Below the pieces are notes generated by a model. That model saw only the letters and a list, made by a program, of their open reading frames with translations. It did no database searches and was not told where the DNA came from. A stretch of DNA of 64,000 nucleotides from assembly GCA_016212705.1 (NCBI GenBank), contig JACREU010000091.1, positions 217-64,216 of the forward strand. The letters are read 5' to 3'. The translations under genes were made by a program, and so were the position numbers. This document shows, in pieces, positions 27,116 to 35,173 of this stretch; positions within the stretch are counted from its first letter, which is position 1; each line of letters begins with the position of its first letter. The DNA comes from Deltaproteobacteria bacterium (GTDB lineage: Bacteria; Desulfobacterota; GWC2-55-46).

Positions 27116-27184
27116 AAATCCGGGCTGATGCCCCGTTCTTCGACCCCCGTATCTCCGGGCGGACTACCAACCCTCATACGAGTA

Positions 27185-27895
27185 TCAACCCGGCCCATCT
27201 GCAAACTCCTTAAGTATTTCTATTACCTCTTCGTCCTCTATTTGCCGGAAGTCCGCGTAGAGCTGGCTCACCGCGAAAAAGAGCGGCGGTATGACCGGGC
27301 AGACCACCTCTGAGACCTCTTTCATCCCCCGTATCAGCTCAACCGAATCCTCGGGCCCTCCGGGGACCGCTACTATTATCCTCGCCGCCCCTTCGGCTGA
27401 GGCGGCCTGTATGGCTGATATCATCGTCGCGCCTGTTGCGAGGCCGTCGTCGGCTATTATGACGGTCCTGCCCGAGAGCGGGACCTTCTTCCTTATCTTC
27501 CTGTATAAGGCGAGCCTCTCGGTAATCGCAGACAGGCGCGCCTTCTTTTCTTTCTCAAGATAGTCGGGCTTGACGTGAAGGCCCCTTATGGCGAGAGCGT
27601 TAAGGTAGACGCGCCCGTCCTCGGTTATGGCGCCTATGGCGAGCTCGGGGTTGTAAGGGGCCCGGAGCTTGCCCGCTATTATCACGTCGAGGTCGGCCTT
27701 CATGGCGCGGGCGACGATCGCGGCTACGACCACCCCGCCCCTCGGAAGCCCTACGACTACGGGGAGTTCTGATGCGTAAGGTTTGAGCTTGTCAACAAGC
27801 GCCATGCCCGCCTCACGCCTGTTTTCATACGGGTTATCGTTTCTCATTAGTAGTCCCTTTGATTCAGAGGATATCCGGATAAAGGCGTTTGTCAA
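27185..27895 (-). CDS. phosphoribosyltransferase-family protein
   Basis: PRPP-binding motif VIIADDGLATGATM. 236 aa. Confidence 0.7.
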   Translation of the reverse strand: MTNAFIRISSESKGLLMRNDNPYENRREAGMALVDKLKPYASELPVVVGLPRGGVVVAAIVARAMKADLDVIIAGKLRAPYNPELAIGAITEDGRVYLNALAIRGLHVKPDYLEKEKKARLSAITERLALYRKIRKKVPLSGRTVIIADDGLATGATMISAIQAASAEGAARIIVAVPGGPEDSVELIRGMKEVSEVVCPVIPPLFFAVSQLYADFRQIEDEEVIEILKEFADGPG

Positions 27896-28003
27896 GAGAA
27901 GCGGGGTTTTGGGATATACTGTATTTCGCGGTTGGCTCTCTTGCCGGAGGCCGGCTTATGGGTTATATTTAGTTTGGCAAGGCGCGCGGGGGCGATACTG
28001 AAG

Positions 28004-29389
28004 ATGAAGGCTGAAAAGAGACTGGCCGAAGAGATAGCCGGGTACGGGCAGGGCCTCAAGTTCACTGACCTGCCTGACGCGGTCGTCCGCGAGGTGAAGA
28101 GGCGCGTTATAGACGCCTTCGCCTGCGCGCTCGGGGCTTACGGGGCCTTGCCGGTGAAGGCCGCTTTGAGTGTAGCGCCTTCGATAAAAGACGGCCCGTC
28201 ATCCTCAATCATCGGCGGAGGCGAGACCTCCCCTGAGTTTGCCGCGTTTATAAACGGCATTCTCATAAGGTATCTCGACTTCAACGACACGTATCTCTCC
28301 AAGGAGCCGGCGCACCCCTCCGACAACATCGCCGCCGCGCTCGCATCCGCAGAGGCGGCAGGGAGGAGCGGCGGGGAGCTCATAACCGCGATAGCCGCGG
28401 CATATGAGCTTCAGTGCAGGCTCTGCGACGCGGCGTCTTTAAGGTCGAGAGGCTGGGACCATGTGACCTACGGCGCGTTCTCGGCGACCCTTGCGGCCTC
28501 CATGCTCCTCGGGCTCACAAAGGAAGAGACCGTCCACGCGCTCGGCATAGCCGGGACGACCTCTCCCGCGCTCAGGCAGACGAGGGCCGGGGTGCTGTCC
28601 ATGTGGAAGGGCGCGGCCTTTGCCCATGCGTCAAAGGAGGCGGTATTCTCCGCTATGCTTGCGAAGAACGGCATGACCGGGCCGGGTCCGGTATTCGAGG
28701 GCGAGTTTGGTTTCTTTAAGCTCGTCTCCGGGCCTTTCTCGCTTCCGCCGCTTGCGCGGGGGAGGCGCGATCACTTCAAGATACTCGACACCTACATCAA
28801 GTACTATCCCGTCGAGTACCACGCGCAAAGCGCCGTCGGCGCGGCGATAGAGATTTACAAAGAGATCGAAGACGGGGACGTTATAGAAGCCGTCGAGGTA
28901 AAGACATTCAGGGCGGCTTATGAGATAATAGGCTCCGGCCCCGAGAAGTGGAGGCCGAAGACGAGAGAGACCGCCGACCACAGCCTCCCGTTCGTCGTAG
29001 CCGCCGCCCTCGTTGACGGGACCGTTAACGAGGGCACTTTTGCCGGGAAGCTGGAGGACGCGAGGATAATGGCCCTCGCGGAAAAGGTCAGGGTCACGGT
29101 GGACGACGCGCTTGAGAGCCTTTACCCGGAGGCCGTACCTAACAGGGTCGAAGTGACGCTCTCTTCGGGCAGGCGCGTCTCAAGGGAGGTCATCTACCCG
29201 AAGGGGCACCCGAAGGACCCGCTTACCGACCGCGAGGTCGAGGAGAAGTTCAGGTCTCTCTCCGGCTGGCTCTTTTCAGGCGAAAGCATGGACCGGGCGT
29301 TAGATGCGCTATGGAATATCGAGAAGGCCGCTGATATAAGGGGGGTTTTTAAGGTGGGGATAGGAGGCTCAGTTGACCGGAGGTCTTAA
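28004..29389 (+). CDS. MmgE/PrpD-family protein (2-methylcitrate dehydratase-like)
   Basis: Length and motifs (DFNDTYL, HPSD, GWDH...) resemble PrpD. Start moved to the ATG at 28004 (MKAEKRLAEE...). Confidence 0.65.
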   Translation: MKAEKRLAEEIAGYGQGLKFTDLPDAVVREVKRRVIDAFACALGAYGALPVKAALSVAPSIKDGPSSSIIGGGETSPEFAAFINGILIRYLDFNDTYLSKEPAHPSDNIAAALASAEAAGRSGGELITAIAAAYELQCRLCDAASLRSRGWDHVTYGAFSATLAASMLLGLTKEETVHALGIAGTTSPALRQTRAGVLSMWKGAAFAHASKEAVFSAMLAKNGMTGPGPVFEGEFGFFKLVSGPFSLPPLARGRRDHFKILDTYIKYYPVEYHAQSAVGAAIEIYKEIEDGDVIEAVEVKTFRAAYEIIGSGPEKWRPKTRETADHSLPFVVAAALVDGTVNEGTFAGKLEDARIMALAEKVRVTVDDALESLYPEAVPNRVEVTLSSGRRVSREVIYPKGHPKDPLTDREVEEKFRSLSGWLFSGESMDRALDALWNIEKAADIRGVFKVGIGGSVDRRS

Positions 29390-30233
29390 GGGGCTCATAA
29401 GGAAGGGCGGGGCGCTCGTCGTACCCGGGGCCTTCGACGCGGCCTCAGCCATGCTCGTGGAGAAGGCCGGCTTCAAGGCGTTCTATGTGTCGGGGGCCGG
29501 GGTGTCGAACTCCAGCGGACTGCCGGACGCCGGGTTGCTCCCGAGAGACGAGGTCGCGCGCGTCGCCTCATACATGATAAAGGCGGTCGATATCCCCGCG
29601 ATAGTCGATTGCGACACCGGCTTCGGGGGCCCCGAAGACACTGGCGGGACAGTGGCCCTTTTTGAGGACCTCGGCGCAAAGGCAGTCCAGATAGAGGACC
29701 AGAGATACCCGAAGAGGTGCGGCCACCTGCCCGGCAAAGAGGTCGTGCCGATGGTTGAGTTCGCGGAAAAGATAGAGGCCGCGGCAAGGGCGAGAAAGAG
29801 CGGTGAGTTCATTATCATAGCGAGGACAGACGCATACGCCGTTGAGGGGATAGAGTCGGCGATAGCGCGGGGGCGCCTCTACGCCGAGGCCGGGGCGGAC
29901 GTCATATTCCCCGAGGCCTTGACGACAAGGGACGAGTTCGAGTATTACGCGAGCGAGGTCCGCGCTCCACTCATGGCCAACATGACCGAGTTCGGCAGGA
30001 CCCCATATTTCACGGTGGATGAATTCAAGGAGATGGGTTATTCTATGGTGGTATTCCCGATGACGGCGTTTCGCGCCGCGATGAAGGCGGTGGAGGGCGC
30101 GCTTTTTGAGATTCGGGGTAAAGGGACACAGGCCGGGATGCTCGATAAGCTCCAGACGAGGGCGGAGCTCTACGAACTGCTTAAATACCGCGGTTTTGAG
30201 CCTTCTGTCGGAACAGGGACAAAAACAGTTTGA
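29373..30233 (+). CDS. isocitrate lyase/PEP mutase-family enzyme (methylisocitrate lyase-like)
   Basis: Motifs GAFDAASA, CDTGFGG, IEDQRYPKRCGHLPGK. TTG start preceded by GGAGG. Confidence 0.7.
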   Translation: MTGGLKGLIRKGGALVVPGAFDAASAMLVEKAGFKAFYVSGAGVSNSSGLPDAGLLPRDEVARVASYMIKAVDIPAIVDCDTGFGGPEDTGGTVALFEDLGAKAVQIEDQRYPKRCGHLPGKEVVPMVEFAEKIEAAARARKSGEFIIIARTDAYAVEGIESAIARGRLYAEAGADVIFPEALTTRDEFEYYASEVRAPLMANMTEFGRTPYFTVDEFKEMGYSMVVFPMTAFRAAMKAVEGALFEIRGKGTQAGMLDKLQTRAELYELLKYRGFEPSVGTGTKTV

Positions 30234-30246
30234 GCGGACGGCAGAG

Positions 30247-30438
30247 ATGGCGATAGAGAAGGCAGACTGCTTCAAGTGCAAGTTTTTTTACATCACCTGG
30301 GACGAGTTCTTCCCGAGGGGCTGCAAGGCCCTCGGCTTCAAGAGCAGGGAGGTCCCCTCTGCCGTGGTCTTCAACTCGTCGGGCCTGCCGTGCCAGAAGT
30401 TCGAGCTTAATGCAAGAAGGTCAAAAGGCTCGGAGTAG
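30247..30438 (+). CDS. small Cys-rich hypothetical protein (63 aa)
   Basis: The ATG at 30247 follows the prpB-like stop. CFKCKFFYITWDEFFPRGCKALGFKS...LPCQKF looks like a conserved small-protein family. The longer 30106 ORF overlaps the upstream gene and is rejected. Confidence 0.45.
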   Translation: MAIEKADCFKCKFFYITWDEFFPRGCKALGFKSREVPSAVVFNSSGLPCQKFELNARRSKGSE

Positions 30439-30454
30439 GGCGATATCTTTTTCT

Positions 30455-30493
30455 CCTCCCCTTTTTACAAGGGGAGGCAGGGAGGGGTCGTCC
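30455..30493. repeat. GC-rich hairpin repeat (CCTCCCCTT-TTTAC-AAGGGGAGG + CAGGGAGGGGTCGTCC tail), family copy 2
   Basis: 9-bp perfect stem. Its tail is shared with the copy at 35012-35048. Confidence 0.7.
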
Positions 30494-30561
30494 TCTTTTT
30501 TTAGTTTCCGCCTTACCTGTAAATCCGTAACAGCTAATAAAGCCCAAGGAGAACCGGATAA

Positions 30562-31977
30562 ATGATAGATTCGTTCGAGCCGTTCAAGATACTCAAGGCC
30601 GCGCTCAAAAACGGAGGCGAGTTCGCCGATATTTATGTCGAGGACAACTGCAACACATCCATCGTCTCCGAGGAGGGGAGGATTGAGAAGGTCATAACGG
30701 GCAGGGACAGGGGGTGCGGCGTCCGTGTTATCGCAAACCTCAAGACCTACTACGCCTACACGAACGACCTGACCGAGAGGGGGCTCATCGAGGTCGCCGG
30801 TATTGTCGCCAACGGCGTCCGGGACGGCAAAGAGGCGGGGGACATAAGCCTCGTTAAAAAGGAAAAGGCCCCCGGCTTCGACATAAAGAGGCTCCCGACA
30901 CGGACGGATTTAAAAGAGAAGGTCGCTCTCGTGAACCGCGCGATGGACACCGCCTGGAAGACGGACAAGAGGATAGTGCAGGTGAGGGTCGTTTACGGGG
31001 ACGGCTGGAAGAGGGTCGCCATAGTGAATTCGCTCGGCGAGTGGGTGGAAGAGGAACGCGTCGGGCTCGTCTTTTTGTGCAACGCGGTTTCAAAGGACGG
31101 CGACGTCGTCCAGACCGGGTACGAGCCGCTCGGCGGGGCCTTCGGCATCGAGGCGTTCGACGAGACCCCGCCCGAGCTTGTCGCACGGACCGCCGCAAAG
31201 AGGGCGCTCTCAATGCTCAAGGCGCGGAGGGCGCCCGGCGGCAGGATGGGCGTGATACTCTCATCCGACGCCGGAGGCACGATGATACACGAGGCCGTGG
31301 GCCACGGGCTGGAGGCCGACCTCGCGCAACAGAACCTCTCTGTATATTCGGGGAAGATAGGCGAAAAAGTTGCCTCCCCCATCATCACGGTACTGGACGA
31401 CGCTACGATCCCTTACAAGAGGGGGTCGTTCTTCTTTGACGACGAGGGCGTGCGCGCGGAAAAGACGGTCCTTGTCGATAAGGGCGTATTGAAGAGCTAC
31501 ATGTGCGACAGGTTGAACTCCATGAAGAGCGGGCACAAGCCGACAGGGAACGGAAGGCGCGAATCCTATCACCACAGGCCCATACCCCGCATGACTAACA
31601 CTATCATCGCGCCCGGCAAGGACGATCCGGAGGCCATCATAAGGTCGCTCGACAAGGGATTGTTCGTCAAGAAGATGGGCGGCGGCCAGGTCAATACCGT
31701 AAACGGCGACTTCGTATTCGAGGTGACCGAAGGCTATCTAATAGAGAACGGCAAGATAGGCGAGATGGTGAGGGGAGCGACCCTTACGGGCAACGGCCCC
31801 GAGGTATTGATGAACATAGACATGGTGGGCACTGACCTCGGCTTCAGCATAGGCACCTGCGGCAAGGACGCTCAGGGCGTGCCGGTATCCGACGCACAGC
31901 CGACTCTACGCATACCTGAGATAACCGTCGGCGGGGGCGTTGGAGGCGAGGTCCTCGCAAAGAGTACGTTATGGTAA
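30562..31977 (+). CDS. tldD: TldD-family metalloprotease
   Basis: HEAVGHGLEAD zinc motif. 471 aa. TldD/PmbA-type C-terminus (GDF.FEVTEGY...). Confidence 0.85.
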   Translation: MIDSFEPFKILKAALKNGGEFADIYVEDNCNTSIVSEEGRIEKVITGRDRGCGVRVIANLKTYYAYTNDLTERGLIEVAGIVANGVRDGKEAGDISLVKKEKAPGFDIKRLPTRTDLKEKVALVNRAMDTAWKTDKRIVQVRVVYGDGWKRVAIVNSLGEWVEEERVGLVFLCNAVSKDGDVVQTGYEPLGGAFGIEAFDETPPELVARTAAKRALSMLKARRAPGGRMGVILSSDAGGTMIHEAVGHGLEADLAQQNLSVYSGKIGEKVASPIITVLDDATIPYKRGSFFFDDEGVRAEKTVLVDKGVLKSYMCDRLNSMKSGHKPTGNGRRESYHHRPIPRMTNTIIAPGKDDPEAIIRSLDKGLFVKKMGGGQVNTVNGDFVFEVTEGYLIENGKIGEMVRGATLTGNGPEVLMNIDMVGTDLGFSIGTCGKDAQGVPVSDAQPTLRIPEITVGGGVGGEVLAKSTLW

Positions 31978-32150
31978 AGGACCCGGTCTGCGGCATGGGG
32001 CTTATGGAGGAGAAGGCGCCGTTCAAATATGAGTATAAGGGACAGTTTTATTATTTCTGCGGCAAGGGTTGTAAGGAAAGGTTCGAGCGCGACCCGGAGA
32101 AGTACCTGTCGGGGAGGCCGGTGGACTGGATAGCGGACGAAGAACAATGA
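31971..32150 (+). CDS. YHS/TRASH-domain small metal-binding protein (59 aa; below the ORF-track cutoff)
   Basis: Own translation: MVKDPVCGMGLMEEKAPFKYEYKGQFYYFCGKGCKERFERDPEKYL... matches the YHS pattern DPVCGM...YYFC...C...F. The ATG overlaps the tldD stop (ATGGTAA). Confidence 0.7.
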   Translation: MVKDPVCGMGLMEEKAPFKYEYKGQFYYFCGKGCKERFERDPEKYLSGRPVDWIADEEQ

Positions 32151-32316
32151 TAACTTAACGATTTTTTTACACCTTACAGTCTGTCACCTAATGTATTGAA
32201 TTATAAATGGATAATGCTGAAGCCCCCCTGTTTTTTAAAAAGAAGGTGTCCAGTTTTTTTACACTCTTTTGTCTTGTTATTTTTAATTCTTTAAGAAAAT
32301 TACATAGTTAGTTTTT

Positions 32317-32332
32317 TGGCACGGGATTTGCT
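32317..32332 (+). promoter_or_regulatory. sigma54 (-24/-12) promoter upstream of the PEP-CTERM gene
   Basis: TGGCACGGGATTTGCT matches TGGCACG-N4-TTGC(T/A). It lies 37 nt upstream of the ATG. Confidence 0.65.
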
Positions 32333-32368
32333 TTTATTACATGATAAAACCCGAACAGGAGGCTAATC

Positions 32369-32980
32369 ATGAAAAGGGCATTAATGATCTTGCTCAGCAT
32401 TGGGGTAGTATCCTTTGCTGCACAGGCTGAGGCGACGCTTATAACCTATGATTTCAACAGTTTGGCCAGCGGTACTTATACGGAGGCCGCTTTCAACACC
32501 AACTTCCTCGGCGTAGCTTTCGACAACACTGGAGGCAGTAATTTCGAAATTCAAACCGTTTCCCTGGACCCTGATTTTTCCGGTCAGGCGGTGCTTAATG
32601 CACCGTATAGTACCAGCGGCAACAGCACGATCGCTACCCTCTCATCGCTGACGGATTACGTAAGCGTCACTATAGGAGATTATGACGCGGATGCAGACAA
32701 CCTGTATCTTTATGCCTACGATTCGGCCAACGCCCTTCTCGATTCGGCCTTCTTTTACAACCCCGCGTCTTCGTATGCCGGCAATACCCTCATCGTTTCA
32801 ACAGGGTCGGCGTCGATCGCCTGGGTTGAGTTCTACGGCGTAGGCGTGAATAACAACAGCGTCTATTGGGATAACTTTACCTTCAATGACACCTCTTCCG
32901 TTCCCGAACCCTCCACCATGCTTCTCCTTGGAAGCGGCCTGGTAGGGTTTGGCTTGGTGAGGAGAAAGTTCAAGGGATAG
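32369..32980 (+). CDS. PEP-CTERM sorting-domain secreted protein
   Basis: Signal peptide. C-terminus VPEPSTMLLLGSGLVGFGLVRRKFKG (PEP motif + TM + basic tail). Confidence 0.85.
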   Translation: MKRALMILLSIGVVSFAAQAEATLITYDFNSLASGTYTEAAFNTNFLGVAFDNTGGSNFEIQTVSLDPDFSGQAVLNAPYSTSGNSTIATLSSLTDYVSVTIGDYDADADNLYLYAYDSANALLDSAFFYNPASSYAGNTLIVSTGSASIAWVEFYGVGVNNNSVYWDNFTFNDTSSVPEPSTMLLLGSGLVGFGLVRRKFKG

Positions 32981-33027
32981 ACGCCGGTGGAGGGTCTCAA
33001 TCCCGACAGGATCGAGCGCAAGACCAA

Positions 33028-33068
33028 CAAACCCCGGCCTTTTATCAAGGCCGGGGTTTGTTTTATTT
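33028..33068 (+). terminator. Rho-independent terminator of the PEP-CTERM gene
   Basis: 14-bp stem CAAACCCCGGCCTT/AAGGCCGGGGTTTG, loop TTATC, followed by TTTTATTT. Confidence 0.85.
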
Positions 33069-33101
33069 GGAGCGAAGCGGAAAGAAGTGCAAAATCAGCG
33101 G

Positions 33102-33196
33102 GTAGGCTGGGTTAGCGGAGCGTAACCCGGCATCTACTTAAATCATCAGCGCTTCCACTTCTATCATTGACACCCCGCCTCTCTTTACCTTAAAAT
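33102..33196 (+). repeat. REP-like hairpin fused to a portable sigma70-like promoter, copy A (upstream of the sulfatase-like gene)
   Basis: GTAGGCTGGGTTAGCGGAGCGTAACCCGGCATCTAC followed by cattgacaccccgcctctctttaccttaaaata (TTGACA 33167-33172, TAAAAT 33191-33196). Near-identical to 35076-35160. Confidence 0.65.
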
Positions 33197-33249
33197 ATCT
33201 AAATACCGCATATAGACAAACATCTGCTCCAAATTGAAAATCAATATAT

Positions 33250-34947
33250 ATGCAGGCCAACGCCCTCAGGAGTATCCTTCCACGCAGTCTCTTCGTCCTC
33301 TTTCCCCTGTTTGCCTGGGGTTGCGGATTGGGCGGAGAGGTCGTCTCCGACGTTACGCCTCCGTCTCTCTCCATCACCGTCAATAATAACGAGAGCTCTA
33401 CCACCTCCGGCATTGTCACGGTCGATATCGTCGCGGATGACGATGTATCAGTGGCCGCGTATTTTATCTCGGAATCCGTTGAGGCCGCCTCGGCAAATTC
33501 CGTAGAGTGGGTTAGCGTTGAACCGGCAAAGGGATACAGAGGGACAGCCTCTTTCAATCTCAGCTCCGGCTACGGGAACAAGACGATTTATGTATGGACG
33601 ATGGATTCTTCAGGCAATGTGTCGGCGCCGGCGTCCGTTGGCATAGAGAACTCTTTTGTCGAGACCGGAGAGGGCAGACCTAACGTCATTCTTATCGTGG
33701 TGGACACCCTCAGGGCCGACCACCTCTCCACCTACGGCTATGCCCGGGATACGAGCCCCAATATAAGCGCCTTCGCCGGTTCCGCCGTCAGGTTCACGCA
33801 GGCGATCAGCCCGGCCCCGTGGACGCTCCCGGCATATACGTCCATACTCACGGGGAAACACGCCTTCCACCACGCCTTAAACCAGCCCACGCTCACCGGC
33901 ACGCCCACCGGGGTCTTGCCCAAGCTTATTATGGATGAGGGATACAAGGCGGTATCGATACAGACCAACTATTATTTGCAAAACCTGGACCAGGCCTTCA
34001 AGGAAAGATACCAGTACTTCGATCCCGAGGAGATATGCGGCAGTGACCTTGATTGCGACTGGGAGCATACCGGCGTCCAGGACCCGGCGGCGATTGCGAG
34101 GGCGATAAAATGGCTGAGTGTGCCTGATAACGTTGACGAGAGCTTCTTCATGTTCATCGGGCTTATAAACCCGCACCTGGACTACAAGACAGGCAACGGC
34201 TACCTCGAGGAATTTGTCACCGATTCGACCTTCACTTCAGCGCCGGCCCTGTCTTTCTCCCTCTCCAGCTCGCTCACCTACTTGATCACCTCTGCGGACC
34301 TTTCAATCGAGGTCCAGGCCTGTATCGGCGAGCCGCCCTCGGATTACGGATATTACCAGGACAGCAGGCTCTATATCGCGGCCTACGATTCGGAGATAAA
34401 GCATACGGATTATTACATAGGCCTGCTCATGAGCAAACTCAAGAGCCTCGGGCTCTATGACGGCTCGCTAATCATAATAACAGCCGACCACGGCGAGAAT
34501 TTGGACGATTTCTCGCCCCCCTTCAGCCACGGCAACAACCTCAATAATACCCTCATCCACGTGCCCCTGCTGATAAAATTCCCCGGCCAGACAGAGGGCC
34601 TCGACGTCGACTCCTACATCAGGACAATAGACATCCTGCCGACGGTCCTGGACTACGCCGGCATAGCGCCTCCCGACGACGTGGACGGCCGTAGCCTCAT
34701 CCCCGTCGTCAACAACACGGTAACGGACGCCGAGGACAGGCCCGTGCTCTCGTACCGTGAAGACATCCTGGCGGGAGATGAAGGCAAGTACGTGTCCATC
34801 ATAAAGGACGGTTTCAAGCTGATAAAAAAAGGCGACGGCACCTATGTCCTATACAACCTCGCACTCGACCCGACGGAGAAGTACAAAATTACCGACCCGG
34901 ACAGGGCGAAAGACCTTTTTGATTATCTCCATCTGTATTACGAATAA
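33250..34947 (+). CDS. sulfatase-like (alkaline-phosphatase superfamily) lipoprotein with an N-terminal Ig-like region
   Basis: Lipobox FAWGCG. PNVILIVVDTLRADHL metal-binding motif. TADHGEN. The nucleophile position reads T-L-P-A-Y where C/S-x-P-x-R is expected. Confidence 0.7.
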   Translation: MQANALRSILPRSLFVLFPLFAWGCGLGGEVVSDVTPPSLSITVNNNESSTTSGIVTVDIVADDDVSVAAYFISESVEAASANSVEWVSVEPAKGYRGTASFNLSSGYGNKTIYVWTMDSSGNVSAPASVGIENSFVETGEGRPNVILIVVDTLRADHLSTYGYARDTSPNISAFAGSAVRFTQAISPAPWTLPAYTSILTGKHAFHHALNQPTLTGTPTGVLPKLIMDEGYKAVSIQTNYYLQNLDQAFKERYQYFDPEEICGSDLDCDWEHTGVQDPAAIARAIKWLSVPDNVDESFFMFIGLINPHLDYKTGNGYLEEFVTDSTFTSAPALSFSLSSSLTYLITSADLSIEVQACIGEPPSDYGYYQDSRLYIAAYDSEIKHTDYYIGLLMSKLKSLGLYDGSLIIITADHGENLDDFSPPFSHGNNLNNTLIHVPLLIKFPGQTEGLDVDSYIRTIDILPTVLDYAGIAPPDDVDGRSLIPVVNNTVTDAEDRPVLSYREDILAGDEGKYVSIIKDGFKLIKKGDGTYVLYNLALDPTEKYKITDPDRAKDLFDYLHLYYE

Positions 34948-34978
34948 TGGTAATGGGAACCGTTACGACCTCCCACGG

Positions 34979-35048
34979 CCCCTCCTTGTTAAGGAGGGGA
35001 GACCTAAAACTCCTCCCCTTTTTGCAAGGGGAGGTGGGGAGGGGTCAT
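34979..35048. repeat. GC-rich hairpin repeat, composite copy 3 (both hairpin types + tail)
   Basis: CCCCTCCTT-GTT-AAGGAGGGG (34979-34999) and CCTCCCCTT-TTTGC-AAGGGGAGG (35012-35034), then TGGGGAGGGGTCAT. Confidence 0.7.
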
Positions 35049-35075
35049 TTTCAGGGCTGTTTTGCCGTTTAAGCG

Positions 35076-35160
35076 TAGGTCGGGTTAGCGGAGCGTAACC
35101 CGACATCTACTCGTTTCCCCCTTCCACCATTGACACCCCGCCTATCTTTACCTTAAAATA
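35076..35160 (+). repeat. REP-like hairpin fused to a portable sigma70-like promoter, copy B (upstream of cstA)
   Basis: GTAGGTCGGGTTAGCGGAGCGTAACCCGACATCTAC followed by cattgacaccccgcctatctttaccttaaaata (TTGACA 35130-35135, TAAAAT 35154-35159). Confidence 0.65.
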
Positions 35161-35173
35161 CTCATTAGCCATT

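Noticed and set aside
30106-30246. Upstream extension of the small Cys-rich ORF (110-aa version).
   Set aside because: It lies entirely inside the prpB-like coding region in another frame. The internal ATG at 30247, just after the prpB-like stop, gives a compact Cys-rich protein.
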